From NCBI GenBank assembly GCA_036170915.1, contig JAVHQC010000032.1:52787-116786 (forward strand): DNA of 64,000 nt, written 5' to 3'. The stretch comes from Cyanobacteria bacterium auto_48_18 (GTDB lineage Bacteria; Cyanobacteriota; Vampirovibrionia; Obscuribacterales; Obscuribacteraceae). The translations under genes were made by a program, and so were the position numbers. Under the pieces are notes generated by a model. It was not told the DNA's origin, did not search any database, and saw only the letters and a list, made by a program, of their open reading frames with translations. Shown here piece after piece: positions 20,598 to 29,018 of this stretch (position 1 is its first letter; each line of letters opens with the position of its first letter).

Positions 20598-20677
20598 CAG
20601 ACAAAATCAGTTTGTTTAATTTAGCTTGAACATCTTGAAGCACTGCAAGCCGATATTTGTTGCCGTCAGCGGCAGTT

Positions 20678-21013
20678 TCAAGCTGATGCAGCGGACTCAA
20701 TTACGCTGGCAATCCACTCATTCAGGCTTTTATTTTCAGCTGCTGCTGCAATTACTGCTGCTTCGTGCATCTTGGGATCAAGCCTGACGTTGAAGCGTCC
20801 TGAATATTCACGGAAGGGCTCAATATTTTTTTCTTTGCAGATGTCCAAAAAGACCTTTAATGACTTGCGACCTTCAGTCATCAGCCCGTCAAGACTCGTT
20901 GCATAAAAGTCAGCACCACCAGCTAAACCTAGAAACTCGCCACGAATCATCCCAATTTCTGGGTCGACCGAAAGAACAGCCTTGTGTCCATCAATTTCAA
21001 TCACGTTCTTCAT
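20678..21013 (-). CDS. hicB: HicB family antitoxin
   Basis: RGEFLGLAGGADFYA, EP.R.YSGRFNVRL.P..H, KSLNEW (HicB with a ribbon-helix-helix C-terminus). Confidence 0.93.
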   Translation of the reverse strand: MKNVIEIDGHKAVLSVDPEIGMIRGEFLGLAGGADFYATSLDGLMTEGRKSLKVFLDICKEKNIEPFREYSGRFNVRLDPKMHEAAVIAAAAENKSLNEWIASVIESAASA

Positions 21014-21116
21014 GGCTTAACTCCGTGGCTTTCCAGCCATTTTTTGACCACCGAATTGCTCCGCTTACAGGGCGAGCGAATAATTTGGACAAAGTCGCAT
21101 GGTGCTTTTTGTTCAT
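21010..21116 (-). pseudogene. hicA: HicA toxin pseudogene (internal deletion plus frameshift)
   Basis: ATG 21116 gives MNKKHHATLSKLFARPVSGAIRW; a different frame gives VVKKWLESHGVKP* with ATGA overlap onto hicB. The central part with the HRPHP motif is missing. Confidence 0.85.
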
Positions 21117-21122
21117 TTAACA

Positions 21123-21145
21123 GTAGTACCATTAATTGGTACTAC
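21123..21145. promoter_or_regulatory. Putative HicB operator palindrome
   Basis: GTAGTACCA-ttaat-TGGTACTAC immediately upstream of the hicA start. Confidence 0.75.
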
Positions 21146-21218
21146 CAGCAAACCGCACTTAATGCCGGCGGTTGGACAGATTGAGCCTGGTGGCAACGGC
21201 CGGAACTCACTCTGCCAA

Positions 21219-22616
21219 TCAGGCGTCATTAATATTGGCCATAAACTGCCTTTCCAGTTGATCAAACTTAGATTGGTCCCTGTCAGCTTCAGTCTCATGG
21301 CCTGCACAACGATGCGCTTCTGCGCGCAGTTGATACGAAAATCTGTAATGCGGATCTGCGGCTAGACCAGTGTCGAGACTTGTGATCGCTTGGTCAAATT
21401 GCTCTCTCTTGAAATATACGTTGGCCAGAGCGTACCATGCAAGTGCTTCCAAATCATGCAATTCAGTTGCTTTGACTGCTTCTTCCTTTGCTTCATCAAT
21501 ACGCCCCAGGCCCGCTAGGGCCAGGCTGTGAAGAGCGTGTACGTATGCCGATTTGGGTGACTTTGCAATTTCAGGCTGGGTGCATTCGAGCATCTCTGCA
21601 AACTCTCCAAGGCGAAAGCGGACATACGCTTCAGCCTTGCGAGACGATGATTTATTGCCGAGAACTTGGCCTCGCTTGCATCCAGTGAGAGCTTGATTAA
21701 ACAGCCCGGCATCAGCTAGAACGAGCGCTCTTTCCTTATAGCAGCGCGACTGGTCAGGGAGAATTGCGATCGATCGAGAGATTGATTCGAGTGCCAATGC
21801 CCCTTCATTCAAACGATTATACGATGCTGCCTGCATATTCAAGAACCAATCGGCTGCTCGTTGAGCATCGGGAATCTGGCCACAAATGATCAGAACCTCA
21901 CTAAACTGATTTTGGCTAAACTTAAAGAACGCTAGAGCCGCAGCATCGTTAGAGCCGGGTTCAAAACGTTTGGGAATCCGGTCTATAACTTCTCTGGCCG
22001 CTTGAAAGTTGGCTGCTTCAATGTGCACGCGGCTGCTGAGCATGCGCGATGTGCCACTGGCCTTGCCCAGTTGCTGGAGACGCGCGCAATCTTCGAGACA
22101 GCCCTGCGGATCATCTTTCGATCGAGCAGCTGCGCGCGCCGCTAGGCAATATGAATTGCAAGGCGCAAGTTCCATCGCTTTCGCGGCGCTAGCGGCCGCG
22201 CCCTTGTAATCGTTCATCCACAGGGCCGCTAAAGCGCTGCCATACCACGTTAGCCACACTTTTGGAGCAATCTCTGCTGCCCGGTCTGCACAGGTTTTGG
22301 CTTCCTCGTAACGTTTCAAGGCCATAAGGGCATAATGTTTCTCAAGCAAAATATTGTAATTGCCAGGCATAAGAGCGTGCGCCTGGTCGCAAATAATTAG
22401 CACCTCCTCGTCTTTTTGCCGTGAATGGAAATACCTGGCAAGCAAGACAACAGCTTCGTTTGAAAGACAGAGGAAGGTCATGGCAGTCATGATCAAAGCT
22501 GGCAACACACGCGATGGCAGGTCTATGTTTGGTCCAAAATATGCATAAACTAAGCTCATACTGAGAAATATGGGCCAACGCACCCAGATCGGCAGGTTGA
22601 GGAAAATCTTGATCAC
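21219..22616 (-). CDS. Membrane-anchored TPR repeat protein
   Basis: Two N-terminal TM segments followed by many TPR-like repeats; overlaps the upstream MTase stop. Confidence 0.8.
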   Translation of the reverse strand: MIKIFLNLPIWVRWPIFLSMSLVYAYFGPNIDLPSRVLPALIMTAMTFLCLSNEAVVLLARYFHSRQKDEEVLIICDQAHALMPGNYNILLEKHYALMALKRYEEAKTCADRAAEIAPKVWLTWYGSALAALWMNDYKGAAASAAKAMELAPCNSYCLAARAAARSKDDPQGCLEDCARLQQLGKASGTSRMLSSRVHIEAANFQAAREVIDRIPKRFEPGSNDAAALAFFKFSQNQFSEVLIICGQIPDAQRAADWFLNMQAASYNRLNEGALALESISRSIAILPDQSRCYKERALVLADAGLFNQALTGCKRGQVLGNKSSSRKAEAYVRFRLGEFAEMLECTQPEIAKSPKSAYVHALHSLALAGLGRIDEAKEEAVKATELHDLEALAWYALANVYFKREQFDQAITSLDTGLAADPHYRFSYQLRAEAHRCAGHETEADRDQSKFDQLERQFMANINDA

Positions 22617-24754
22617 AAAACTTCCATTGGACTTGAAGCCATCAAGCTAGACCCGTGTTCCATCTCTATGAAAGCATTATAGGCAAGAAACGGCAGGCGC
22701 TGCTCGAATGGCAATTCTTTGTCCACACGATGAAAACCACGGGCAAAAACGGGCTCACCTTCAGTCAGGCAACCCTTCAATATTTCAGCAAAATCGGCGG
22801 TATCAAGGCTGTACAGTTTTGCCACTAGCGCTTCGAGCATCGGGCGCTTGTTTTGACTAGACGCATGCGGGTTTAGCGAGAGCTGGCCAGAAATTTCACT
22901 AACTAAATCCAGTATACGACATGCTTCTTGTGGCAGGTCTTCAATCCGGCTGCGCACTAGAACTTCAGGAATTAAACATTGATCAAGCAAAAAATAGCTG
23001 AGATTGTTGCCACTAAGTCTGGTGCGTAAAAAATAATCGAAACAAACTGAATTTAAGACGGCCGTTAGAATCGGCGCATAATAATTTGCCCGCTGTCCCG
23101 ACAAAATCATAGTCGGTACAGAATTTCCTGCAGGATATTGAGGCAAAATAGATGCGATCATCGAACGGCAATTACTGGGGCTAGTAACCGATACGAAGCC
23201 TATACGCAATCCAGGACAGACAAAATCTTCAGATCTAACAAGATACTGAGGGCCAATTTCAGCATTACCAATTTCAGCCTGCCGCCACAAAGCTTGACGC
23301 CCGTTTCCAGAAATCCAACGTTTGGCAGTGATCGAATACTGACCCAACATTCGACCTTCGATCAAAGGCAATAAAATTTCTTCTTTATCCGCTGACTTTC
23401 TCAGATAACATCCGCTGCCATCAGGACAAAACCCGTCTACCTTAGCGCTTTCAACTGTAATGAAGCGCTCGCGATCAATAGACATATCAAAGTCACGAGC
23501 AAAGCGAAAACTCCACAGAGAAGTGTCTCTCTCGACTTTTGGCTGCATATGCTTGCCCCGGTCCATCTGTGGCAAACCGTCAGCATGAAGCTGGTGCAAG
23601 CGTGCGTTCTTGCTCACAGCGGCAGCCAAAAAGTCCAATTGTTTTTGACTTTCACAAGGCAACAAAGTAAGCGTAGACGGGCTCAGGCGCTCAATCAATG
23701 CTCGGTCATAGGTGAGCCACTCGCCATCGGCAACTAAATTGCCATCTGCGTTCAAGCCAAAACGGGCTTTGAGACCATCAGCCGGTGAATTTTTCGAAAA
23801 AACTGAAAGCGCATATTCATACTCTGGATGAACAGCAAAAGCTGTATCGTCATTAACGAAACCTTCGAGGCTCTGCCAACAATGCTGCTCTAGCAATAGC
23901 TTTCGCAGTGGGCCAGTACCCTGGTCACAGTAGATACCGGCCGGTGTTAGCGCAGCAGCATGACCACTATCAGCGAGCAATTCACAGGCGCGTTGCACAA
24001 ATAATTTATATGCAGATTCACTCCAGGGTGGATTCATCAACACAAATTGACACGGCTCGATTGCCGCAGTCAGGCCGTCAGCTTGTAAAAAATTACTGGC
24101 CGGCAGCACTCGCACCTCGACTCTACATGCCATAGCCAGTGCGGCTTTGCAAGTGCGAAGAGTGAGCGGGTCAATTTCAATGGCAGAAATATGGGCTTCT
24201 AAAAGTTGCAGTCGAGTACGCTTATCATCATGTTGAACAAACTCTTGTTGAGCTAAATATTCGAGAGCTGCAATTAGTAGTGCACCGCTGCCTGCACAAA
24301 AATCCAGCACACGTAAGCGAGTAAAATCTAAGGCCTGTCCGACAAAAACGCTGCGCACCATGTAATAAGAAAGAGCAGTGGGTGTGTAATACGCGGCGTC
24401 TTTGCGTTTTTTAAAGCCTCTTACCTGGTCTGGCTGATGGCGCACTTTTTCAAAAAGCTGGCAAAAAAAGAAAGCGATCAAACCATCTCTAGTAGCAAAG
24501 TCATAACCAAGTGCGTTAAGCCTTTCGACCTGTTGGTCGGCATAAGCATGGGCAAAATCTACCACCTGCTGCTCTTCGAATGAATCATTACCTGTGGGTC
24601 CAGATATCAAAATCTTCGCTGACTCTTCAATAAATTCCACCAGCTTTGCAGTGCGTGCCGTACCGCTAAATTGAGCCAGATGCCGCGTTAATAACTGACC
24701 TGCCGCCGCCAGTGACGGGTCTGTAGCAGATCTTTTGCGGCGTGGTCTGGCCAT
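22613..24754 (-). CDS. Amino (N6-adenine) DNA methyltransferase, Eco57I/Type IIG-like, with no recognisable nuclease domain
   Basis: YYTP, motif I VLDFCAGSGALL, motif IV MNPPW, TRD-like PLIEGRML.QY and LTAVLNS.CFDYFLR. Confidence 0.8.
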   Translation of the reverse strand: MARPRRKRSATDPSLAAAGQLLTRHLAQFSGTARTAKLVEFIEESAKILISGPTGNDSFEEQQVVDFAHAYADQQVERLNALGYDFATRDGLIAFFFCQLFEKVRHQPDQVRGFKKRKDAAYYTPTALSYYMVRSVFVGQALDFTRLRVLDFCAGSGALLIAALEYLAQQEFVQHDDKRTRLQLLEAHISAIEIDPLTLRTCKAALAMACRVEVRVLPASNFLQADGLTAAIEPCQFVLMNPPWSESAYKLFVQRACELLADSGHAAALTPAGIYCDQGTGPLRKLLLEQHCWQSLEGFVNDDTAFAVHPEYEYALSVFSKNSPADGLKARFGLNADGNLVADGEWLTYDRALIERLSPSTLTLLPCESQKQLDFLAAAVSKNARLHQLHADGLPQMDRGKHMQPKVERDTSLWSFRFARDFDMSIDRERFITVESAKVDGFCPDGSGCYLRKSADKEEILLPLIEGRMLGQYSITAKRWISGNGRQALWRQAEIGNAEIGPQYLVRSEDFVCPGLRIGFVSVTSPSNCRSMIASILPQYPAGNSVPTMILSGQRANYYAPILTAVLNSVCFDYFLRTRLSGNNLSYFLLDQCLIPEVLVRSRIEDLPQEACRILDLVSEISGQLSLNPHASSQNKRPMLEALVAKLYSLDTADFAEILKGCLTEGEPVFARGFHRVDKELPFEQRLPFLAYNAFIEMEHGSSLMASSPMEVL

Positions 24755-24760
24755 ACTTGC

Positions 24761-25042
24761 TTAGCTCTTGCGACTGATTCTCTGAAATAAACGCGCAATC
24801 AAATACATCGCAAAAATAAAGATGGCTGAGCCCACGATGGCCGGAATAAGCGGCACGCCTTCAACACTCGGGCCCACAGGGCCGATAATCATTTCACCGA
24901 TCCAGGCACCGACGATTCCGACTAATGCAGCAGCAAAGAAACCATTGCGTCCAATCCCAGGAACAATGCGCGATGCTAAACCGGCACAGACAGCCGAAAC
25001 CAAAAGGAAAAGAAGGAAGTGAATGATATCGATGACCGTCAC
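24761..25042 (-). CDS. GlsB/YeaQ/YmgE (transglycosylase-associated) membrane protein
   Basis: Three TM helices, GIVGAWIG and AIVGSAI motifs. Confidence 0.85.
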   Translation of the reverse strand: MTVIDIIHFLLFLLVSAVCAGLASRIVPGIGRNGFFAAALVGIVGAWIGEMIIGPVGPSVEGVPLIPAIVGSAIFIFAMYLIARLFQRISRKS

Positions 25043-25188
25043 CCGATTGCGAGCAATAATTATATGCCGCGTCGCTCACAAACTGTAGACCAGCAGAACT
25101 GACATTACAATGATAAATTGAATCAAGAAAGGGAATAGTCGTAACTGTATTACCAGTAAACACGGCATCATCGAGCGAGGCGTCCCTC

Positions 25189-25605
25189 ATGTCTTATAAA
25201 TTATTTTTGACTGGAGCAGCGGTGATTTGCTTGACCGGAAATAATGGGGCTTACGGTAATTCAGGCACACTGATCGCGGCTCAGCCACATGCTCCGGTGG
25301 CGAAAGAATTTAAGGGCAATGTTTCGTGGTATGGCGTACCGTTTCACGGCAGAAAAACAGCCTCGGGCGAAATCTTTAATATGAATAAACTCACTGCTGC
25401 TCATCTGCGCCTGCCATTTAATACTAAAGTGATGGTCGAAGATCCCAAAAGCGGCAAAAGCGTCGTTGTCAAAGTCAACGACCGTGGGCCCTTCCACTGC
25501 AAGCGGGTAATGGACTTATCAAAGCAGGCGGCCACAAATCTCGGCACTATTTCAAGAGGCGTAGCCTATGTGGAATGCACCGTGCTGGATCAAGACGACA
25601 AGTAA
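25189..25605 (+). CDS. rlpA: RlpA family septal ring lytic transglycosylase (DPBB domain)
   Basis: SWYG..FHGRKTASGE.FNM..LTAAH..LPF, VKVNDRGPF, R.MDLS..AA; GAGG SD. Confidence 0.9.
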   Translation: MSYKLFLTGAAVICLTGNNGAYGNSGTLIAAQPHAPVAKEFKGNVSWYGVPFHGRKTASGEIFNMNKLTAAHLRLPFNTKVMVEDPKSGKSVVVKVNDRGPFHCKRVMDLSKQAATNLGTISRGVAYVECTVLDQDDK

Positions 25606-25661
25606 TAACAAGCAGCAAGTCAACTGTATAATGATGCTCTAATCTTCATTTGGTGGAGCAA

Positions 25662-27140
25662 ATGCGTCGTCGGCTCAAAACTTGGTTGTCACTTGCTCTC
25701 CTTGCTCAGTGTGCCGGCGGCATTTTCATTCCATGCGCCAGTGCAGCTGACAACGGGGCCGCTTCGTGGCAAACAAATTTTGCTAGCGGCCAAACCGCTC
25801 TCAATGAGCAGAATCTGCCGGAGGCCGAAAGACTTTTTCGCCTGGCTCTGACCGCCGTGCAAAAACAAAACCACAAGGCCGACGATCTGGCTAAATGTCT
25901 CAATCGTCTGGCCGACACGCTGGCTCTGCGCAATAAAACGGCAGAAGCTCAAAGCATTTATCAAAGAATGCTCTCGGTCCTGGAAGCCAAATATGGCAAA
26001 AATTCGAGTCGCATTGCCCCTGCACTAATTGCTATCGGCTCGGTGCAAGAATCCGAAGGCGATCCGGCGGCTGCCATGCCTTATTATCAGCGGGCCTTTC
26101 AGCTCAATGAAAAAAATTACGGACCGTATAGCCCTGAAATTGTTTCAAGTTTGCATAGACTGGCGCGCTCAACTTATAAAGCCGGATTTCGCGAGCCTGC
26201 GGCAAAACACTACAAGCGCGCCATGTCGATTTTGATGAATGAGCCCAGTCTGGAAGCCAGCAATCAGCTACCAGGGCTAATTGGCGAGTACAAAGATTTG
26301 ATCAAAGGCGAAGATCAATCAAATCAAGAATTGCTCAAAGATTTTCGCCATGACGTAGGTCAGGACAAAATCAAAAGTCCACTTTCTACAAGCGAAACAA
26401 ATCAAACCGCCATTTCGAGCTGGCAGAGTGAAAACACTAATCAACTCAATGCCGGTCACAATAATCGAACTGATCAAGAGCCGCAAATTTTACTGCGTGG
26501 TCTCAATCAAAATTACACGGCGCAAGCTTTGTCGCCAGCCTATAACACTATGAGTGAAGCCATTTTTGATCAAAATCACTATGGCAAGGGCGAAGCTTTC
26601 TATCAGCGAAAAATTGCTGCTGATGTGCAATCACTGGGAAATACTCACCCCTCAGTAGCCAACGATTTGAGTGGCCTCGCTCTCTTTTACATAGCCAATA
26701 AGCGATACGACGATGCCGATGCGCTGCTCACCAGGGCCCTAACAATCTACAAAAACACTTATGGCATGAGCAACATTCTTACCATTCGCACCATGGCCAC
26801 ACTGGCATCGGTCAAGTCGCGTCAGAGCAAGTGGTCGGAAGCAGAAGAGCTATATCGTACGGCCTTGAGCCAGAGCCAAACCGCTCTGGGCCCCAACAAT
26901 ATTGAAACCGCCAGAGTGCTGAACGATCTGGCATTTCTCTATTATTCGCAAGACAAACTGAAAGACGCTCGCACATTTTACAAGTGGGCCGTTGCCAGTA
27001 CTGAAGGCGCTTTGGGTGACCATGATCCACTACTGGCGGCCTGCCTGAAAGACTACGCTCAAGTTCTGCGTAGCCTTGGAGACGAGACCGAATCAAGTGC
27101 CGCGCAAGCGCGAGCAGAGCAAATTTTGACAACAAAGTGA
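25662..27140 (+). CDS. Secreted TPR repeat protein (kinesin-light-chain-type TPRs)
   Basis: Signal peptide from MRRRLKTW; HPSVANDLSGLA and ETARVLNDLA TPR repeats. Confidence 0.85.
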   Translation: MRRRLKTWLSLALLAQCAGGIFIPCASAADNGAASWQTNFASGQTALNEQNLPEAERLFRLALTAVQKQNHKADDLAKCLNRLADTLALRNKTAEAQSIYQRMLSVLEAKYGKNSSRIAPALIAIGSVQESEGDPAAAMPYYQRAFQLNEKNYGPYSPEIVSSLHRLARSTYKAGFREPAAKHYKRAMSILMNEPSLEASNQLPGLIGEYKDLIKGEDQSNQELLKDFRHDVGQDKIKSPLSTSETNQTAISSWQSENTNQLNAGHNNRTDQEPQILLRGLNQNYTAQALSPAYNTMSEAIFDQNHYGKGEAFYQRKIAADVQSLGNTHPSVANDLSGLALFYIANKRYDDADALLTRALTIYKNTYGMSNILTIRTMATLASVKSRQSKWSEAEELYRTALSQSQTALGPNNIETARVLNDLAFLYYSQDKLKDARTFYKWAVASTEGALGDHDPLLAACLKDYAQVLRSLGDETESSAAQARAEQILTTK

Positions 27141-27649
27141 GGAGGTTTCTTTTGCGTTCTTTTCTGGCCATGGCCTTAGTTTTATCGGCACTTTTTTGCC
27201 TGCAACCGGCAATGGCAAAACCACATGCTGGTAAAGCCGCGGCGCCGGCAGAACAGACCCAGACAGCACAACCGGTCGATAGCGAACAACCAGAGTTCAA
27301 TTCAGAAAAATCAGAGTCGAATTCAGAAAAACCAGAGTTGAATTCAGAAAAACCGAGTGGCGATAATTATCCACACAGTCCAGGAACAGTGAGAGTAAAT
27401 AATCTCGCCAATCTTGAAGCCCTTTTAAATATCATCGCCAACGGCGTCGAAATTTTAGGACTGGCATGTGGCATGCCCGCCTGTTTGCTGGTACCGGTGG
27501 GTATCGTGCTTCTCGTTTTTAAAGGCAAAAGAATTTGGGGTTGGGCCATGATTCTAACCGGCCCAATCGTTGTCATCGTAGCCCTGGCTGTGCCGGGAGT
27601 AATCAACTGGCTGGTATCATCTGCCCGTGATGCGGCATTGTTTAATTGA
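27137..27649 (+). CDS. Exported membrane protein with a 7-aa repeat linker and a C-terminal two-TM (pilin-like) domain
   Basis: Signal peptide ending AMA, SEKPELN-type repeats, two hydrophobic helices. Confidence 0.75.
   Translation: MRRFLLRSFLAMALVLSALFCLQPAMAKPHAGKAAAPAEQTQTAQPVDSEQPEFNSEKSESNSEKPELNSEKPSGDNYPHSPGTVRVNNLANLEALLNIIANGVEILGLACGMPACLLVPVGIVLLVFKGKRIWGWAMILTGPIVVIVALAVPGVINWLVSSARDAALFN
27284..27355 (+). repeat. 21-bp coding tandem repeat, about 3.4 copies
   Basis: GAACAACCAGAGTTCAATTCA / GAAAAATCAGAGTCGAATTCA / GAAAAACCAGAGTTGAATTCA / GAAAAACCG. Confidence 0.9.
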
Positions 27650-27703
27650 AAAAAACCTGCGCAGGTTTTTTTCTGAAAAAAATACCTTTAAAGGTATTTT
27701 TTC
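27648..27703. repeat. Two abutting palindromes between convergent genes (probable bidirectional terminator); the second is a dispersed repeat
   Basis: GAAAAAAACCTGC|GCAGGTTTTTTTC (27648-27673) and TGAAAAAAATACCTTTAAAGGTATTTTTTC (27674-27703). Confidence 0.85.
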
Positions 27704-27710
27704 TCAAAAC

Positions 27711-29003
27711 CTACTGCGACATACTGGCCGGAGCTTTGCTATTGAGCGACTGCACCGAGCTTATAGGCTCAGCAATTACTTTTGATTCGTTTTGCAATTC
27801 TTCACTGGCTTTTTGTGCCACCATATCTCCAGCCTGAACATTGCCGAAAATTTCTACGTTGCCATCCATCGTCTGACCCTTGCGCACTGTCACCCATTCC
27901 ACCACGCCGTCCTTAACCTTGCAAACAAAAGTATTGAGCGGAGTTGATACCACTGCTTCAAGCGGTACAAAAAGCGATGTTTGTTTGCGACGGGTGGGCC
28001 AATAAATATTGCAGAACATGCCAGGCAAGACATCAAAATCAGGATTGAAATAGTTGAGTTCAACAGGCATGGTGCGGGTATCTTTGTCGAGATTGTTGCT
28101 GATGCGAGCAACAGTGCCCATAAATTTACGACCAGGAAAAGCCGAGACTGAAAATGCCACCTGCGAACCGACAACGACACCAGCAGTGTCAACTTCGGGC
28201 ACTGGTGCAATTACTCTCAACAAATCCATTTGTTTCACCCGACAAATTGGAGGATAGGCGCCGCTGCCATCAGGACCAACATAACTGCCCACGTGCATTT
28301 TGCGCTCAGTAACATAACCGTTGAACGGGGCGGTGATTTCCAGATAAGAGGCGAAATCAGAATAGTTTTCAAAACCTTTTATGCGTGCGGCCAACTCTTG
28401 TTTGCGCATAGTCACTTCGTGAGCTTTTGCATTGATGCGCTTGATGAAAGTATTGACTTCCTGTCTGTCTGCTTCAACTGACTGCGACCATTGCACAACG
28501 TCATTGTCGGCCACCACTCCTGGTACCAGCGATGCTGCATAAACTCGTTGATAAGTAGATTGATCAGCCAATAAATTGGCCTGGCGTTTTTTCAAGTCGG
28601 CCTGCAGGTCTTGCAAATCTGATTCTTCTGAAGCAACAGCAGCTTTAGCCGCGGCCACGCGAGCCAGGGCTTCGTTGCGCGATGCCAAATATTCAGGCGC
28701 GTACATGGTGGCCATTACTTCGCCTTTTTTAACCACTGAGCCTCGGTCAACGTTAATGGTTTTGATAAATCCTCTAATTTTGGGATAGATGAGCACGTCT
28801 TGATAGGCGTCAATTTCACCTGGTAACTTATCTTCCCTGAAAAGAGTCTTGGCGGTTACCGGCACAGTTGGCACCGAAACCAGCACCGGAGCCGACGGAG
28901 CTTCAACTTTGGCCGGCTGAAAATATTGATAGGCATAGTAGCCGCCGGCAGCTACCACTGCCGCTATCGCCACCGTCAATCCGATTTTCTTTGCCGACGC
29001 CAT
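27711..29003 (-). CDS. RND periplasmic adaptor (membrane fusion protein)
   Basis: N-terminal TM, PKIRGFIK.INVDRGS.VKKG, ITAPFNGYV, TRTMPVE. Confidence 0.9.
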   Translation of the reverse strand: MASAKKIGLTVAIAAVVAAGGYYAYQYFQPAKVEAPSAPVLVSVPTVPVTAKTLFREDKLPGEIDAYQDVLIYPKIRGFIKTINVDRGSVVKKGEVMATMYAPEYLASRNEALARVAAAKAAVASEESDLQDLQADLKKRQANLLADQSTYQRVYAASLVPGVVADNDVVQWSQSVEADRQEVNTFIKRINAKAHEVTMRKQELAARIKGFENYSDFASYLEITAPFNGYVTERKMHVGSYVGPDGSGAYPPICRVKQMDLLRVIAPVPEVDTAGVVVGSQVAFSVSAFPGRKFMGTVARISNNLDKDTRTMPVELNYFNPDFDVLPGMFCNIYWPTRRKQTSLFVPLEAVVSTPLNTFVCKVKDGVVEWVTVRKGQTMDGNVEIFGNVQAGDMVAQKASEELQNESKVIAEPISSVQSLNSKAPASMSQ

Positions 29004-29018
29004 AAGTTTTTTCCTTAG

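Noticed and set aside
27284..27355. CRISPR-like repeats (also 49673-49743)
   Set aside because: Contiguous in-frame 21-bp coding repeats with no spacers and no cas genes.
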